Assembly (NCBI GenBank): GCA_041653675.1
Contig: JBAZEY010000003.1
Span: 13,284 to 77,283 of the forward strand
Reading direction: 5' to 3'
Origin: Patescibacteria group bacterium
GTDB taxonomy: Bacteria > Patescibacteriota > Patescibacteriia > XYB2-FULL-38-15
DNA length: 64,000 bases
Shown piece by piece: positions 49,466 to 59,173 of this stretch. The position numbers and the translations under genes were made by a program. The notes below the pieces were generated by a model, which worked only from the letters and a program-made list of their open reading frames with translations, was not told where the DNA came from and made no database searches. Position 1 is the stretch's first letter. Each line of letters opens with the position of its first letter.

Positions 49466-49534
49466 CGCCCGCGAACAGCACAACCAATCTGGCTCCTGGC
49501 CACCTGAAACATGGTGGCCTTATTTTTTTATAAT

Positions 49535-49729
49535 TTATTTATCAAACGAAAACAGGTCGTCAATTTTAACGCGCAGAACTTTCGCTACGTCGTGAGCCAA
49601 GCCGAGCGAGGGATTGTATTTTCCTTGTTCCAAAAAGACGATCGTTTCTCGCCGGACGCCAACTAATTTCGCGAGATCTTCCTGCGTGAGGTTGTGTTTT
49701 ATTCTTAATTCTTTAATTTTATTTTGCAC
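49535..49729 (-). CDS. XRE-family HTH transcriptional regulator
   Basis: IKELR…[29 protein letters not shown]. Confidence 0.92.
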   Translation of the reverse strand: MQNKIKELRIKHNLTQEDLAKLVGVRRETIVFLEQGKYNPSLGLAHDVAKVLRVKIDDLFSFDK

Positions 49730-50096
49730 GTTGGTAATACTTAAAAATAAAACTATAAAGAAGCATCAAGCCGCAAACGGCATAAGCCAGAGTTGAACCA
49801 ACCAGTTCAAAATCGGGCCTGTCTTTTTTTAGAGCGAACAAAACTAAAATTATTACGCAGGAAATGGCGGAGAAAATAGTCATCGCGTATCTCGCGGCGT
49901 TTCCGGCAATTTTATAATCTCTCTCATCGGCCAAGACTTCGTTAACTTTTTTCCGCATAAGTAGGAGAAAAATTAGGGCCGTGATTACGGCCGCGATTGG
50001 CACGAGGTAATTGCCGGCCGCGACAAAAGAAGAAACTACGCCGGCCAGCAGCATAACTACTATCAGGCGATAAACCAGGAATTTTTTTGCAGTCAT
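49719..50096 (-). CDS. DUF2178-like membrane protein
   Basis: 4 TM segments with DER motif; overlaps the HTH gene. Confidence 0.7.
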   Translation of the reverse strand: MTAKKFLVYRLIVVMLLAGVVSSFVAAGNYLVPIAAVITALIFLLLMRKKVNEVLADERDYKIAGNAARYAMTIFSAISCVIILVLFALKKDRPDFELVGSTLAYAVCGLMLLYSFIFKYYQRAK

Positions 50097-50274
50097 AAGT
50101 TTTATTTAATATTTAACCTCTAATTCTATGTTACATATTTCTAACATACTTGTCAAGTGGATAAAATTTATTATAACCATTTTAAAATAAAACAAAAACG
50201 CCTCCGATTTACTGGAGACATTTCAAATTATTTTTTTAGCCAGCGTTTTACATTTAACAATTAAAATTCAACAG

Positions 50275-51024
50275 TTAGTAAATAACCACGGCTTTTTTAT
50301 CAAGCAGCTCCCAGTTTTTTAAAAAATCTTTTACCGTTAATCTTATCTCGCCGTAAATAGGATCTAAAAGGATCATTAATTTTGGATTGTCCGAGTTGCC
50401 GGTAAAACCAATTAATGTCCGAGCATGTTCATCCAGCTGGGCATTAATAATTTTTCCTTCGGGAGTTGTCCAAGATATATCTTTGGTTCTGCCAACTATT
50501 TTTCCCCAAACTACGATCGGATTATTATTTGTTAATTCTGTTATCAAATCATTCAGCGTTCCGTTGGCAATAATTTTTGCCGATCGGTATTTTGAAGCTA
50601 GATCATAAATCGGTTGTTCGTAAACGCCATAGCCGGTATTTGGCATTGCACCGTCGATGTTGCCGACAAAACCTAAATTAGGATCGCCCCAGATATTATT
50701 TTGATGGCGCGGCTCCGGATCGGAAATAGGCAACTGCTGAATTAATTCGCTTTCCGTAACTTTTATTCCTTTGTAGTTTAAGGCCATCAGCAAGGAAGCA
50801 ATTTCACAAGAGAGCGCATGTTCCTGGCGGTGGTAGGGGACAGCTAGATCAACCGCCGGTTTAATTGGTATAATAACGCGTTCAATCTGGTAGTAAATTT
50901 TTTTGACAACACTTACTTTCCCCTTAACACTATCTATCGTCAGCTCAAACACCAACCAGGCAATCAATAAAACAACTATCACCAGTAATAGCAAAAGACG
51001 TATTTTTTTTATTTTTTTAAACAT
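50275..51024 (-). CDS. C39-like peptidase with N-terminal anchor
   Basis: VPYHRQ…SCEIASL, EHARTLIG, DPIYG. Confidence 0.8.
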   Translation of the reverse strand: MFKKIKKIRLLLLLVIVVLLIAWLVFELTIDSVKGKVSVVKKIYYQIERVIIPIKPAVDLAVPYHRQEHALSCEIASLLMALNYKGIKVTESELIQQLPISDPEPRHQNNIWGDPNLGFVGNIDGAMPNTGYGVYEQPIYDLASKYRSAKIIANGTLNDLITELTNNNPIVVWGKIVGRTKDISWTTPEGKIINAQLDEHARTLIGFTGNSDNPKLMILLDPIYGEIRLTVKDFLKNWELLDKKAVVIY

Positions 51025-51029
51025 AGTGG

Positions 51030-51521
51030 TTAGATGTTATAAAAATCAAAATCTTGAGGTACAGATAAGGCGTCCATGTTCATTTTATTGTTTTTCTCAA
51101 AATTACATTCCATTATGATATTACAGGCTTTTCTAAAATCATCATATAAATCTTCAGCCACCAGTATAAGTTGGCCATTAACTATTTTGAGGTGATAATT
51201 GCCGTATCTTTTTGCTTCTTCTCTGTGTGTTAGACCGATATTGTGTTTGGGTAATAATGCATGGGTCATGCCATTTCGAAGAGAGTCACATAGATTAAAT
51301 TGGCTATTAAACGGAATGTATTTTGGCATGAGCTCATTTATGGCCATGTTGAAGTGAATTGCGGAAAAGCCGCTCTGCTGCCAAGATCTATTTTCGTCTA
51401 AACATTTACCGAGAAATTCTATTCCGATTCCAATTAAAACAAAAGACAAATAAGGATATTTATAAGAAATTTGTCTGTATTGTTCTAGAAAAGTGATTCT
51501 GATAAATTCTTTTGGCAACAT
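51030..51521 (-). CDS. Hypothetical protein, HEPN-like
   Basis: GIEFLG helix and RNGMTH (Rx4H) motif. Confidence 0.5.
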   Translation of the reverse strand: MLPKEFIRITFLEQYRQISYKYPYLSFVLIGIGIEFLGKCLDENRSWQQSGFSAIHFNMAINELMPKYIPFNSQFNLCDSLRNGMTHALLPKHNIGLTHREEAKRYGNYHLKIVNGQLILVAEDLYDDFRKACNIIMECNFEKNNKMNMDALSVPQDFDFYNI

Positions 51522-51585
51522 AAGATTTTTTTATAATTTCGTCTGGCTGGTTTATTATACGAACTAGTATATTTTAATTATACTC

Positions 51586-51651
51586 TATTTCCCAAAACCA
51601 AAACACCTCCAGCAAAGGAGATGTTTTAGTGGGGTCGCGTAGTGGAGGTTG
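51586..51651. repeat. Degenerate duplicate of the tRNA-His 3' end plus terminator (partner at 52086-52150)
   Basis: 25 identical bp tatttcccaaaaccaaaacacctcc, then tgttNtagtggggt; offset exactly 500 bp. Confidence 0.8.
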
Positions 51652-51781
51652 TTAGAACTTTTTTCGGGGATAAGCAATTTTCCATTCCTTGCTTGGAGGA
51701 ATATCTTGACAGAAAAATTTTTGTATGTTAATTTAACCTGTCCATCCGAAATTAAGGTCGGTTGAGGATAAGGAGGGCAAC

Positions 51782-52036
51782 ATGAGGCTCCGTGAAGTGC
51801 GAATCGGGATGCGGGTGAAAGTGACGCGGCTCGGAAGCACGGAAGGCATGGCCGTTAAGCCAAAATATCTGCAGGCACGCCGACTTGGCGCTCGCGGCAA
51901 GATCATGAACTACATCGCCGGCCACGGTGGCGATTGTTGGTGGATCCGGCATGACGACGGAACGATCGGCGGCTACGGCTACATGGAATTCCAGCGCGTC
52001 CGGTCAAAGCGTCGGACCGGGGAGCGGACCAAGTAG
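51782..52036 (+). CDS. GC-rich basic ORFan (84 aa), possibly SH3/KOW-like
   Basis: TTGACA-17-TAATTT (51706-51734); aaggagg; RIGMRVKV…GKI…WWIRHDDG; terminator agacct…aggtct-tttttt. Confidence 0.6.
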   Translation: MRLREVRIGMRVKVTRLGSTEGMAVKPKYLQARRLGARGKIMNYIAGHGGDCWWIRHDDGTIGGYGYMEFQRVRSKRRTGERTK

Positions 52037-52129
52037 CCGCATACTTCACGCAGTTAGACCTCTGCAGAACAAAAGGTCTTTTTTTTATTTCCCAAAACCA
52101 AAACACCTCCTTTTAGAGAGGTGTTCTAG

Positions 52130-52204
52130 TGGGGTGGCTACTGGGAGTTGAACCCAGGCTAGCGGGACCACAACCCGCTGTTCTACCGTTAAACTATAGC
52201 CACC
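52130..52204 (-). tRNA. tRNA-His(GTG)
   Basis: G-1; anticodon arm gcggg-ttGTGgt-cccgc; encoded CCA. Confidence 0.93.
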
Positions 52205-52213
52205 ATTAAATTC

Positions 52214-52288
52214 TGGTGACCCCAGCAGGAATCGAACCTACATCTTCACCTTAGAAGGGTGTTGCTCTGTCCATTGAGCTATGGGGCC
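52214..52288 (-). tRNA. tRNA-Arg(TCT)
   Basis: ggcccca…tggggtc acca; loop ctTCTaa; T-loop ttcgatt. Confidence 0.92.
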
Positions 52289-52346
52289 GTAATGCGAAAA
52301 AAGTATTTTTTATTTTAACAGAAATTTTTGCCGCTGTCAAGAATCT

Positions 52347-53264
52347 TTATTTGCCGCGTTGGCGGCCGTGAAAACTTTTATGGACGTCACGGAGTTGTTG
52401 ATTTGTAATATGCGTATAAATTTGAGTTGTTGTAATAGATGAATGGCCGAGCATGGCTTGGACCGAACGGATGTCGGCGCCATTCATTAATAGATCAGTG
52501 GCATAAGAATGACGCATAGTGTGCGGCGTAACTTTTTTTGTGATGCCGGCAATCTTGGAATATTTTTTCACAAGCCGTTCCACGCTCCGGGGAGTGAGAG
52601 CTCCTTCACTCTCGTGCGCTCGGTCATGGGAAACAAACAAAAATGGTGAAACATCTTGGCGTCCCTCTAAATATTGTTTGATCCAGAATTTCGCCTGGTT
52701 TGATAAAAAGACTATGCGCGGTTTGTCGCCCTTGCCGCGAACCGTGAATTCTTCTTTTTTCAAATTGACTTGTTCCTTTTTTAAATTTGCCAACTCGGAA
52801 ACGCGGAGTCCCGTAGAAAAAAGCATTTCCACAATGGCCTTATCTCTTTTTTTGATAATTTCTGGCGACTCGGTCAAGGTCGGCGCTTCAAGAATTCGTT
52901 CCAAATCAGATCCTTCCAAAAAATCCACCACACGTTCGGGCATTTTTCCCAATTCAATTTTTTCCGCCGACATTGTTTTGATGTCGCGCTTGGCCAGATA
53001 TTTCAGAAAAGCTCGGAGAGCGATCAGATGGTAATTTTGAGTATTTTTTTTCAGGGTGCGGCCGTGCTCGTCGGCAAAACGATTTAGCCAAAGCCGGTAT
53101 TGCCGGACTTTTTCCTGGGTAATGCCGGAAGGGGAAGTGTCTCCCGCCCATTCGTTAAATCTTTTCAAATAAAAATCATAATTCCGCACAGTTTTGGATG
53201 AACGGTTTTTTTCTATTTCCAGATATTCAAGAAATTGGGTTATTAGATTGTTGAGGTTGGCCAT
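52347..53264 (-). CDS. xerC: Tyrosine recombinase, XerC/XerD family
   Basis: FSTGLRVSEL, GKGDKPR, HTMRHSYAT, LGHSSITTTQIYTH. XerC vs XerD cannot be resolved by eye. Confidence 0.85.
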   Translation of the reverse strand: MANLNNLITQFLEYLEIEKNRSSKTVRNYDFYLKRFNEWAGDTSPSGITQEKVRQYRLWLNRFADEHGRTLKKNTQNYHLIALRAFLKYLAKRDIKTMSAEKIELGKMPERVVDFLEGSDLERILEAPTLTESPEIIKKRDKAIVEMLFSTGLRVSELANLKKEQVNLKKEEFTVRGKGDKPRIVFLSNQAKFWIKQYLEGRQDVSPFLFVSHDRAHESEGALTPRSVERLVKKYSKIAGITKKVTPHTMRHSYATDLLMNGADIRSVQAMLGHSSITTTQIYTHITNQQLRDVHKSFHGRQRGK

Positions 53265-53352
53265 AACGGATTTTAGTGTCGTACAATCTTATTATAGCGC
53301 AGCCTTGCCAAATAAAAAAGGCTATGATAATATGATTAAGTAAATTATTAAT

Positions 53353-53397
53353 GACGGTTCGCTGGGCCAGGGATGGGTGGACTCGGCAACCCGTGAC
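53353..53397 (+). promoter_or_regulatory. Putative rpsO leader structure
   Basis: GC-rich gacggtt-cgctgggcca…tggactcggc-aacccgt hairpin between the -10 region and the ATG. Confidence 0.45.
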
Positions 53398-53401
53398 AAA
53401 A

Positions 53402-53662
53402 ATGTTAGAAAAAAAAGCAAAAGACAAAATTATTGAAAAGTTTCGGATCCACGAAACTGACACAGGTTCTCCGCAGGTGCAAGTCGCCATTTTGACATCA
53501 GAGATTAAGGAATTGGTGGAGCACTTGAAAGAGCACAAAAAAGATTTCTCTTCCCGCCGCGGCCTTTTAAAGAAAGTCGGTGAACGGCGCAGGCTCTTGA
53601 AATATTTAGAAAGGGAAGACACAAAAGGCCACGCTGAATTGATGGAGAAATTAAAATTATAA
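53402..53662 (+). CDS. rpsO: 30S ribosomal protein S15
   Basis: [13 protein letters not shown]…[25 protein letters not shown]. Confidence 0.97.
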   Translation: MLEKKAKDKIIEKFRIHETDTGSPQVQVAILTSEIKELVEHLKEHKKDFSSRRGLLKKVGERRRLLKYLEREDTKGHAELMEKLKL

Positions 53663-53717
53663 AAAATTTTTAGACCCCTCCTTTATCGGAGGGGTTTTAC
53701 ACTTAAGGAGGAAAATT

Positions 53718-54239
53718 ATGGTAACTTATAAAGAACAGCGCGTCGGAGTTTTTATCGACGTGCAGAACATGTATTATTCGGCGAAGAATCTTTACAATGC
53801 GAAAGTTAATTTTGGCAATATTTTAGAAACAGCGGTAGGAAATAGAAAATTAATCCGCGCCATTGCTTATGTTGTAAAAACAAAAACCGGCGAGGAAAAA
53901 GTATTTTTTGAAGCGTTAGAAAAATTGGGTCTTGAAACTCGTGAGAAAGAATTGATGGTTTATGACGGCGCGAAAAAAGCCGATTGGGACGTCGGAATTT
54001 GTATTGACTCAATCGCTTTGGCTGATCGGCTGGACGTGATCGTTGTGGTTTCCGGCGACGGAGATTTTATCCCGCTCGTGCAATATTTAAAAATGAATAA
54101 AGGTTGTCGGGTGGAGTCAATTGCTTTCCGGGAAACAACTTCCACAAAACTCGTGGAGACAGTTGACAATTTTGTAGATTTGAGCCAAGATAAAAGGCGC
54201 TACTTAATTAGCGGTCGGACAAAAAGAACGATAATTTAA
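53718..54239 (+). CDS. NYN (LabA/DUF88) domain PIN-like nuclease
   Basis: VFIDVQN, KADWDVGICID, VSGDGDF. Confidence 0.9.
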   Translation: MVTYKEQRVGVFIDVQNMYYSAKNLYNAKVNFGNILETAVGNRKLIRAIAYVVKTKTGEEKVFFEALEKLGLETREKELMVYDGAKKADWDVGICIDSIALADRLDVIVVVSGDGDFIPLVQYLKMNKGCRVESIAFRETTSTKLVETVDNFVDLSQDKRRYLISGRTKRTII

Positions 54240-54269
54240 TTAAAAAAATAATAATTAAGAATTAATTTT

Positions 54270-54330
54270 TTGATCGCCAGACAAGTAGGCTTCTTCTGGA
54301 TAACCAGAAGTCTAAAGTTTGGCGGTCAAA
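54270..54330 (+). promoter_or_regulatory. Long stem-loop in the pnp 5' leader
   Basis: ttgatcgccagac…taggcttc…tctgg-ataa-ccaga-agtcta…gtttggcggtcaa. Confidence 0.55.
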
Positions 54331-54340
54331 CGAGAATTTT

Positions 54341-56518
54341 ATGGTAAAAAAGTTTGAGTTGGAGTGGGGAGGGAAGAATCTAATTATTGAAACTGGAAAA
54401 TTCGCCGGACAAGCAAACGGCAGCTGCACGGTGCGTTACGGCGATACGTTAGTTTTGGCCACGGCGGTAATATCGGGAAATCAAAGAGAAGGCATTGATT
54501 ATTTCCCGCTCATGGTTGAGTACGAAGAAAAACTTTACGCGGCTGGAAAAATTAAGGGCTCACGTTTTATAAAACGCGAAGGCCGCCCGACTGACGAAGC
54601 AATTTTAACATCGCGGCTGGTTGATCGTGCAATCAGGCCGTTTTTTGATGACCGAATGAGAAACGATATTCAGGTTGTTGCTTCAACCTTGTCTTGGGAT
54701 CAGGAAAATGATTCCGATATCCCGGCATTAATCGGCGCTTCAATTGCCCTTTCCATTTCCGATATTCCTTGGAACGGGCCGATTGCCGCGGTACGCGTTG
54801 GCCGGGTAAACGGAGAATGGGTTTTGAACCCAACTTACGAAGCGCGGAGCAAAAGCGCCATTGATATTGTTGTCGCCGGTACGGAAGAAAAAGTTTGCAT
54901 GCTTGAAGCCGGAGCCAGTGAAGTTTTAGAAACAGATGTTTTAGAAGGAATAAAATTCGGCCAAAAGCATTTGAAAAAAGTTATTGAATTGATTGAAAAT
55001 ATCCGCGAAGAAATTGGCAAAACAAAAATTTCAATTGTGGAAGAAGATTTGGAAGCGGCTTCGGAAAAAGAAGGATTAAAAAATAAAGTTAAAGAGTTTG
55101 TCCATAAGGAATTAGCCGCTAAATTTTTTGACAGCAAAAAAGAGAATAAGGCTTCGCGCCAGGAAGTTTTGAACAAATTAGAAAACGACCTTGGAGAATA
55201 TCTAAAGACAGAGGGAATCGGTAAGGATAAAAGAAAAGACGCGATGGGTTTTTTCTATGTTTGTATTGAAGAAGAAGTTAGCCGGGCGATTTTGGAAAGA
55301 GATGCGCGCGTGGATGGGCGGGCCCTGACTGAAATCAGGCCGCTTGCTTCCGAGATTGCGCTCTTGCCTCGCACTCATGGTTCGGGATATTTTACTCGCG
55401 GCGATACGCATGTTTTATCCGCAGTGACTTTGGGTTCGCCTGCTGAAGAGCAGACTTTAGACGGCATGGAGGTTTCCGGCAAAAAAAGATTTATGCATCA
55501 TTATAATTTTCCTCCATTTTCAGTTGGAGAGGCTTCGCCTATGCGCGGACCCGGCCGGCGGGAAATTGGCCATGGTGCTTTAGCTGAACGCGCTCTTCTT
55601 CCGGTTTTGCCGAAGACGGAAATCTTTCCTTATACCATTCGCGTTGTCTCTGAAGTTTTGAGTTCTAATGGTTCATCTTCCATGGCTTCAACTTGCGCCT
55701 CAACCTTGGCTTTGATGGACGCTGGCGTACCGATTAAATCTCCTGTCGCGGGCATTGCCATGGGTCTCGCATCGGACGAAAAAGGAAATTTTAAAATTTT
55801 AACTGACCTTCAAGATTTAGAAGATAGCAAGGGCGGTATGGATTTTAAAATCGCGGGGACGAGAACGGGTGTGACCGCTATTCAGATGGATACAAAAACT
55901 TTGGGGTTAACGATGGAAATGGTGGAGAAAACTTTGACGCAGGGCCGGGAAGCAAGAATGGAAATTTTGGATGTAATAGAGAGCGCGATTGCCGCGCCGC
56001 GTCCGGAGCTTTCCCAATATGCTCCGAGAATTATCACCTTTAAAATCAATCCGGATAGAATCCGCGATGTTATTGGTCCGGGCGGAAAGATTATTAATGA
56101 AATTATTGACGCGACCGGCGTATCAATTGATATTGAAAATGATGGGACGGTAGTTGTCTGTTCATCTCAACCGCCAGCGCTTGATAAAGCCGTGGCTTGG
56201 GTGAAAAGTTTGACGCAGGAAGCTGAGGTTGGAGAAATTTATCAAGGTCCGGTGACGCGCATTTTGGACTTCGGCGCGTTTGTGGAAATTTTTCCGCATA
56301 AAGACGGGCTAGTCCATATTTCTGAACTTGCGCCATATCGCGTAGATAAAGTTACCGACATTGTAAAAATCGGCGATGTTGTCCGCGTAAAAGTTATAAA
56401 AGTTGATGAACAGGGGAGAGTTGATCTCTCCATCAAACGGCTGCAGGAAAATGGAGATAAAAATGGCGGACGCGACCAAGACAATACGCGACCGAGAAAC
56501 GATCGTCCGAGAAGGTAA
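54341..56518 (+). CDS. pnp: Polyribonucleotide nucleotidyltransferase
   Basis: [28 protein letters not shown] (VIGPGGK), S1. Confidence 0.98.
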   Translation: MVKKFELEWGGKNLIIETGKFAGQANGSCTVRYGDTLVLATAVISGNQREGIDYFPLMVEYEEKLYAAGKIKGSRFIKREGRPTDEAILTSRLVDRAIRPFFDDRMRNDIQVVASTLSWDQENDSDIPALIGASIALSISDIPWNGPIAAVRVGRVNGEWVLNPTYEARSKSAIDIVVAGTEEKVCMLEAGASEVLETDVLEGIKFGQKHLKKVIELIENIREEIGKTKISIVEEDLEAASEKEGLKNKVKEFVHKELAAKFFDSKKENKASRQEVLNKLENDLGEYLKTEGIGKDKRKDAMGFFYVCIEEEVSRAILERDARVDGRALTEIRPLASEIALLPRTHGSGYFTRGDTHVLSAVTLGSPAEEQTLDGMEVSGKKRFMHHYNFPPFSVGEASPMRGPGRREIGHGALAERALLPVLPKTEIFPYTIRVVSEVLSSNGSSSMASTCASTLALMDAGVPIKSPVAGIAMGLASDEKGNFKILTDLQDLEDSKGGMDFKIAGTRTGVTAIQMDTKTLGLTMEMVEKTLTQGREARMEILDVIESAIAAPRPELSQYAPRIITFKINPDRIRDVIGPGGKIINEIIDATGVSIDIENDGTVVVCSSQPPALDKAVAWVKSLTQEAEVGEIYQGPVTRILDFGAFVEIFPHKDGLVHISELAPYRVDKVTDIVKIGDVVRVKVIKVDEQGRVDLSIKRLQENGDKNGGRDQDNTRPRNDRPRR

Positions 56519-56537
56519 TAAATTGGGAGGCATAATA

Positions 56538-57659
56538 ATGTTTTTTGAATTCTTCAAAAAATTTAAAACAAAAACCTTGCTATTTGCGGCAGGGTTTTTG
56601 GTTCTCGCGGGACTAATCAGCCTTTCACTTTGGTTTTATTTTAGTTTTTTAAAAAGTGATGGGTTGTTTTTAGAAGTTGTCCCGGCCAAATCATCAGTCT
56701 ATTGGCAAAGCGATTTTAGCAGGGGAGCTGACGATGTTTGGCTTTGGGCAACCACAAGAGCGATTCTCCCGGGGGAAGCGGCAAATCAGGCGAGGTTTTT
56801 GGAAGAATCTATTGCGCCAGAGGCAAGCAAGATTGGTTTTGCTATTTTGCCAGATTCCACAGATTTTATTTTCTTCGCCAAAATCGACGCCGGGGAATTT
56901 AATTTACAAAAAAGCAAGCTTGAAGAATTAAATTACCATTATATTTTTGAAGAAAATAATAGACTAATAATTTCAAACAGCAGGTCTGGTCTTGAAGCGG
57001 CGGTTGCGGTCTTAAGCCAAGAAGAAAAATCTTTTGCCGACGATAAAATGAAATTAATTTCTTTTAATGGGGCGAAACGACATTCTTCGGCACAAATTTA
57101 TTTTGAAAAAAACTTTAAAGTAGATACTTTTCTCCCCCTACCGTGGTCTTCTGATTTTTGGTCAAGCAATAAGTTGATCATAGCGATGAAAAGAGGAGTA
57201 AAAGATGAATACAATATCGCCGATTTTTATTTTTTGGCCGTTTCGGATGACAAATATCTTAAAAATAATATGGAGAATGTTTTAAAAGATGATTTGGCTG
57301 TTCTTCTTCCCGAAATCAGAGAGAAGATTTTACCCGATAATACGGTAGTTAAAGAACTTTTGGCCAATCCTGACGCTTTTAAATTCCAAGAGAAGAAAAT
57401 CGGCGGCTTTCCGGCCAGTTATCTTCCCGTGCCTGCCTTGAACCAAGAATTTTTTCTCGGGAAAGAGCGGCAAAAGACGATATTTGGAAATTCAGAAGAA
57501 ATGATTCTTGATTTTTGGGCCAATTCGGGGCACAAACCAGATTATTACGGTAAAAATTTGATAGAAGCACTTTTAGACGGACTAAAATGGCTGACAGCTG
57601 ATTTCGGAGGGGTTATTTTTGAGGTAAATGCGAGCAACGTACAAAATAAAGGTGATTGA
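56538..57659 (+). CDS. Hypothetical membrane-anchored protein
   Basis: gggagg SD with ATG 56538; single N-terminal TM. Confidence 0.6.
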   Translation: MFFEFFKKFKTKTLLFAAGFLVLAGLISLSLWFYFSFLKSDGLFLEVVPAKSSVYWQSDFSRGADDVWLWATTRAILPGEAANQARFLEESIAPEASKIGFAILPDSTDFIFFAKIDAGEFNLQKSKLEELNYHYIFEENNRLIISNSRSGLEAAVAVLSQEEKSFADDKMKLISFNGAKRHSSAQIYFEKNFKVDTFLPLPWSSDFWSSNKLIIAMKRGVKDEYNIADFYFLAVSDDKYLKNNMENVLKDDLAVLLPEIREKILPDNTVVKELLANPDAFKFQEKKIGGFPASYLPVPALNQEFFLGKERQKTIFGNSEEMILDFWANSGHKPDYYGKNLIEALLDGLKWLTADFGGVIFEVNASNVQNKGD

Positions 57660-57731
57660 TGTGATGAATGGCCAAAAATATTTTATGGCATTGCTCTGCT
57701 GGGTATGCCAACGAGCTTAAATTTTGTATGT

Positions 57732-57774
57732 TGTGGATAACTTGTGAACAAGAATCTTGTTCTCTTGGGGATAA
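57732..57774. promoter_or_regulatory. Cluster of DnaA-box-like motifs
   Basis: tgtggataa (perfect), tgtgaacaa and tggggataa, all in the same orientation. Confidence 0.45.
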
Positions 57775-57870
57775 GTAGCTTCTTATTTTGGGCTTAGAAA
57801 TGTTTTTTGTTTTAAATAAGCCAAAGTTTGAGGATTGACAAGAACGCTATTTTCGTGGTATAATATTTAT

Positions 57871-58188
57871 AGAACATTAAAACCAGAGACGTTTGGCTGA
57901 GAGTCAGCCACATTTCTCTCTTCTCTACTCTTCGTCAGAGGTCTTCTGCTGGCAAGACCTGACCCTAAAACAAAAACAAAAATTACTTTTTTGGTGAGTT
58001 CCCCTCTGGAGTTCACCACAAGAATGGTAGAGGAGTTTCTCGCTTTGAAGTCAGCAAAAAGCGTTCCTTCCCCCAAGACCGGTATCTCTTTAATCCTCTC
58101 CGGAGGACAAAAGGGTGTGTCGAGGGGGCAACAAGGGCGCAACGGCCAATTATTAATTATATTATTAAGGGCGCAGTTGCGCCCTTTT
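57871..58188 (+). ncRNA. Candidate ~320-nt multibranched ncRNA
   Basis: TTGACA-18-TATAAT (57835-57864); many hairpins; terminal aagggcgcaac…gttgcgccctttt; the next gene has its own promoter. Confidence 0.55.
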
Positions 58189-58297
58189 AAAGTTGAAATG
58201 CTAAGTAGGATTAATACTTGAAAAAAATAACCTCTTCATATATACTTAATTTAAATAAGATAATATTAAAAAATTAGTGTCGCTAATCTCCAAATTT

Positions 58298-58681
58298 ATG
58301 GCAGTACAAAATAATCTTGATAAGGAATTTTTAAAGAAAATCGAAGATCAACTTTTGGCGGAAAAAGCTCGTTTGGAAAAGGAGCTATCCCAATTCACTC
58401 AAAAGAACCCACACAACGCGTCTGATTACGACGCTGATTTTCCAACAATTGGCGATGCGGAAGATGAAAATGCCGCCGAAGTTGCGGTTTATGGCGATAA
58501 CTTGACCTTGGAGAGAACACTAGAGTCGGCTTTGCGCGACGTAAATGGCGCCTTAAAGCGGATTGAAGATGGAACTTATGGAGTTTGTCGTTATTGTGGC
58601 AAGCCAATTGATCCAAAAAGATTAGAGGCCCGTCCGGCGTCATCTGCCTGTATGGAATGTAAATCAAAGTTTAGTAAATAA
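58298..58681 (+). CDS. dksA: DksA/TraR C4 zinc-finger protein
   Basis: ALKRIEDGTYGVCRYCGKPIDPKRLEARP…CMEC; promoter TTGAAA-17-TATACT (58218-58246). Confidence 0.85.
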   Translation: MAVQNNLDKEFLKKIEDQLLAEKARLEKELSQFTQKNPHNASDYDADFPTIGDAEDENAAEVAVYGDNLTLERTLESALRDVNGALKRIEDGTYGVCRYCGKPIDPKRLEARPASSACMECKSKFSK

Positions 58682-58691
58682 GGTTTTTAGA

Positions 58692-59159
58692 ATGCCATTT
58701 TTTCGTAAAATAATGCTTATCAATTTTTTGGTAAGCATTTTGTTTTTTCTTGATCGTTTGACTAAGTGGTTTGCCTTGAAGATTCCCGAGGGGGGAGTTT
58801 TTTTGTTTTCGAAAAAGTTTATAGGATTTAATTTATACAAAAATTTTAATTTAATTTTTAATATTGTTCTTCCGGAATGGCTGATGTATAGCCTGATAGT
58901 TTTGATTTTAGCAGCTCTCGTTTGGCTTTTATTTAAAAATTACGCGCGGCAAAATATTTTCTTAATTTTTTCTTTGAGCTTAATTGTTGCCGGTGCGATG
59001 AGCAATTTGTTAGATCGGCTGTATTTTGGATTTGTGGTAGATTTCTTAAGTTTTTTTGATTATTCCATTTTTAATTTATCAGATGTTTATATTTTTAGCG
59101 GTGTTGGTTTAATTTTTATTGCAGAGTTTATTTTAAAGAGAGAAAAGATTAATAGTTGA
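58692..59159 (+). CDS. lspA: Signal peptidase II
   Basis: DRLTK, GAMSNLLDRL, VVDFL, IFNLSD. Confidence 0.88.
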   Translation: MPFFRKIMLINFLVSILFFLDRLTKWFALKIPEGGVFLFSKKFIGFNLYKNFNLIFNIVLPEWLMYSLIVLILAALVWLLFKNYARQNIFLIFSLSLIVAGAMSNLLDRLYFGFVVDFLSFFDYSIFNLSDVYIFSGVGLIFIAEFILKREKINS

Positions 59160-59173
59160 AAAAATAAGGAGGT

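Noticed and set aside
52347-53264. Prophage or island integrase next to tRNAs
   Set aside because: Size and motifs fit chromosomal XerC/D; native composition; it lies 5' of the tRNAs next to rpsO.
56403-56537. N-terminal extension of ORF 56403 overlapping pnp
   Set aside because: ATG 56538 with a gggagg SD removes the overlap.
57732-57830. oriC
   Set aside because: Only one perfect DnaA box, no dnaA/dnaN nearby, and skew cannot be judged from this window.
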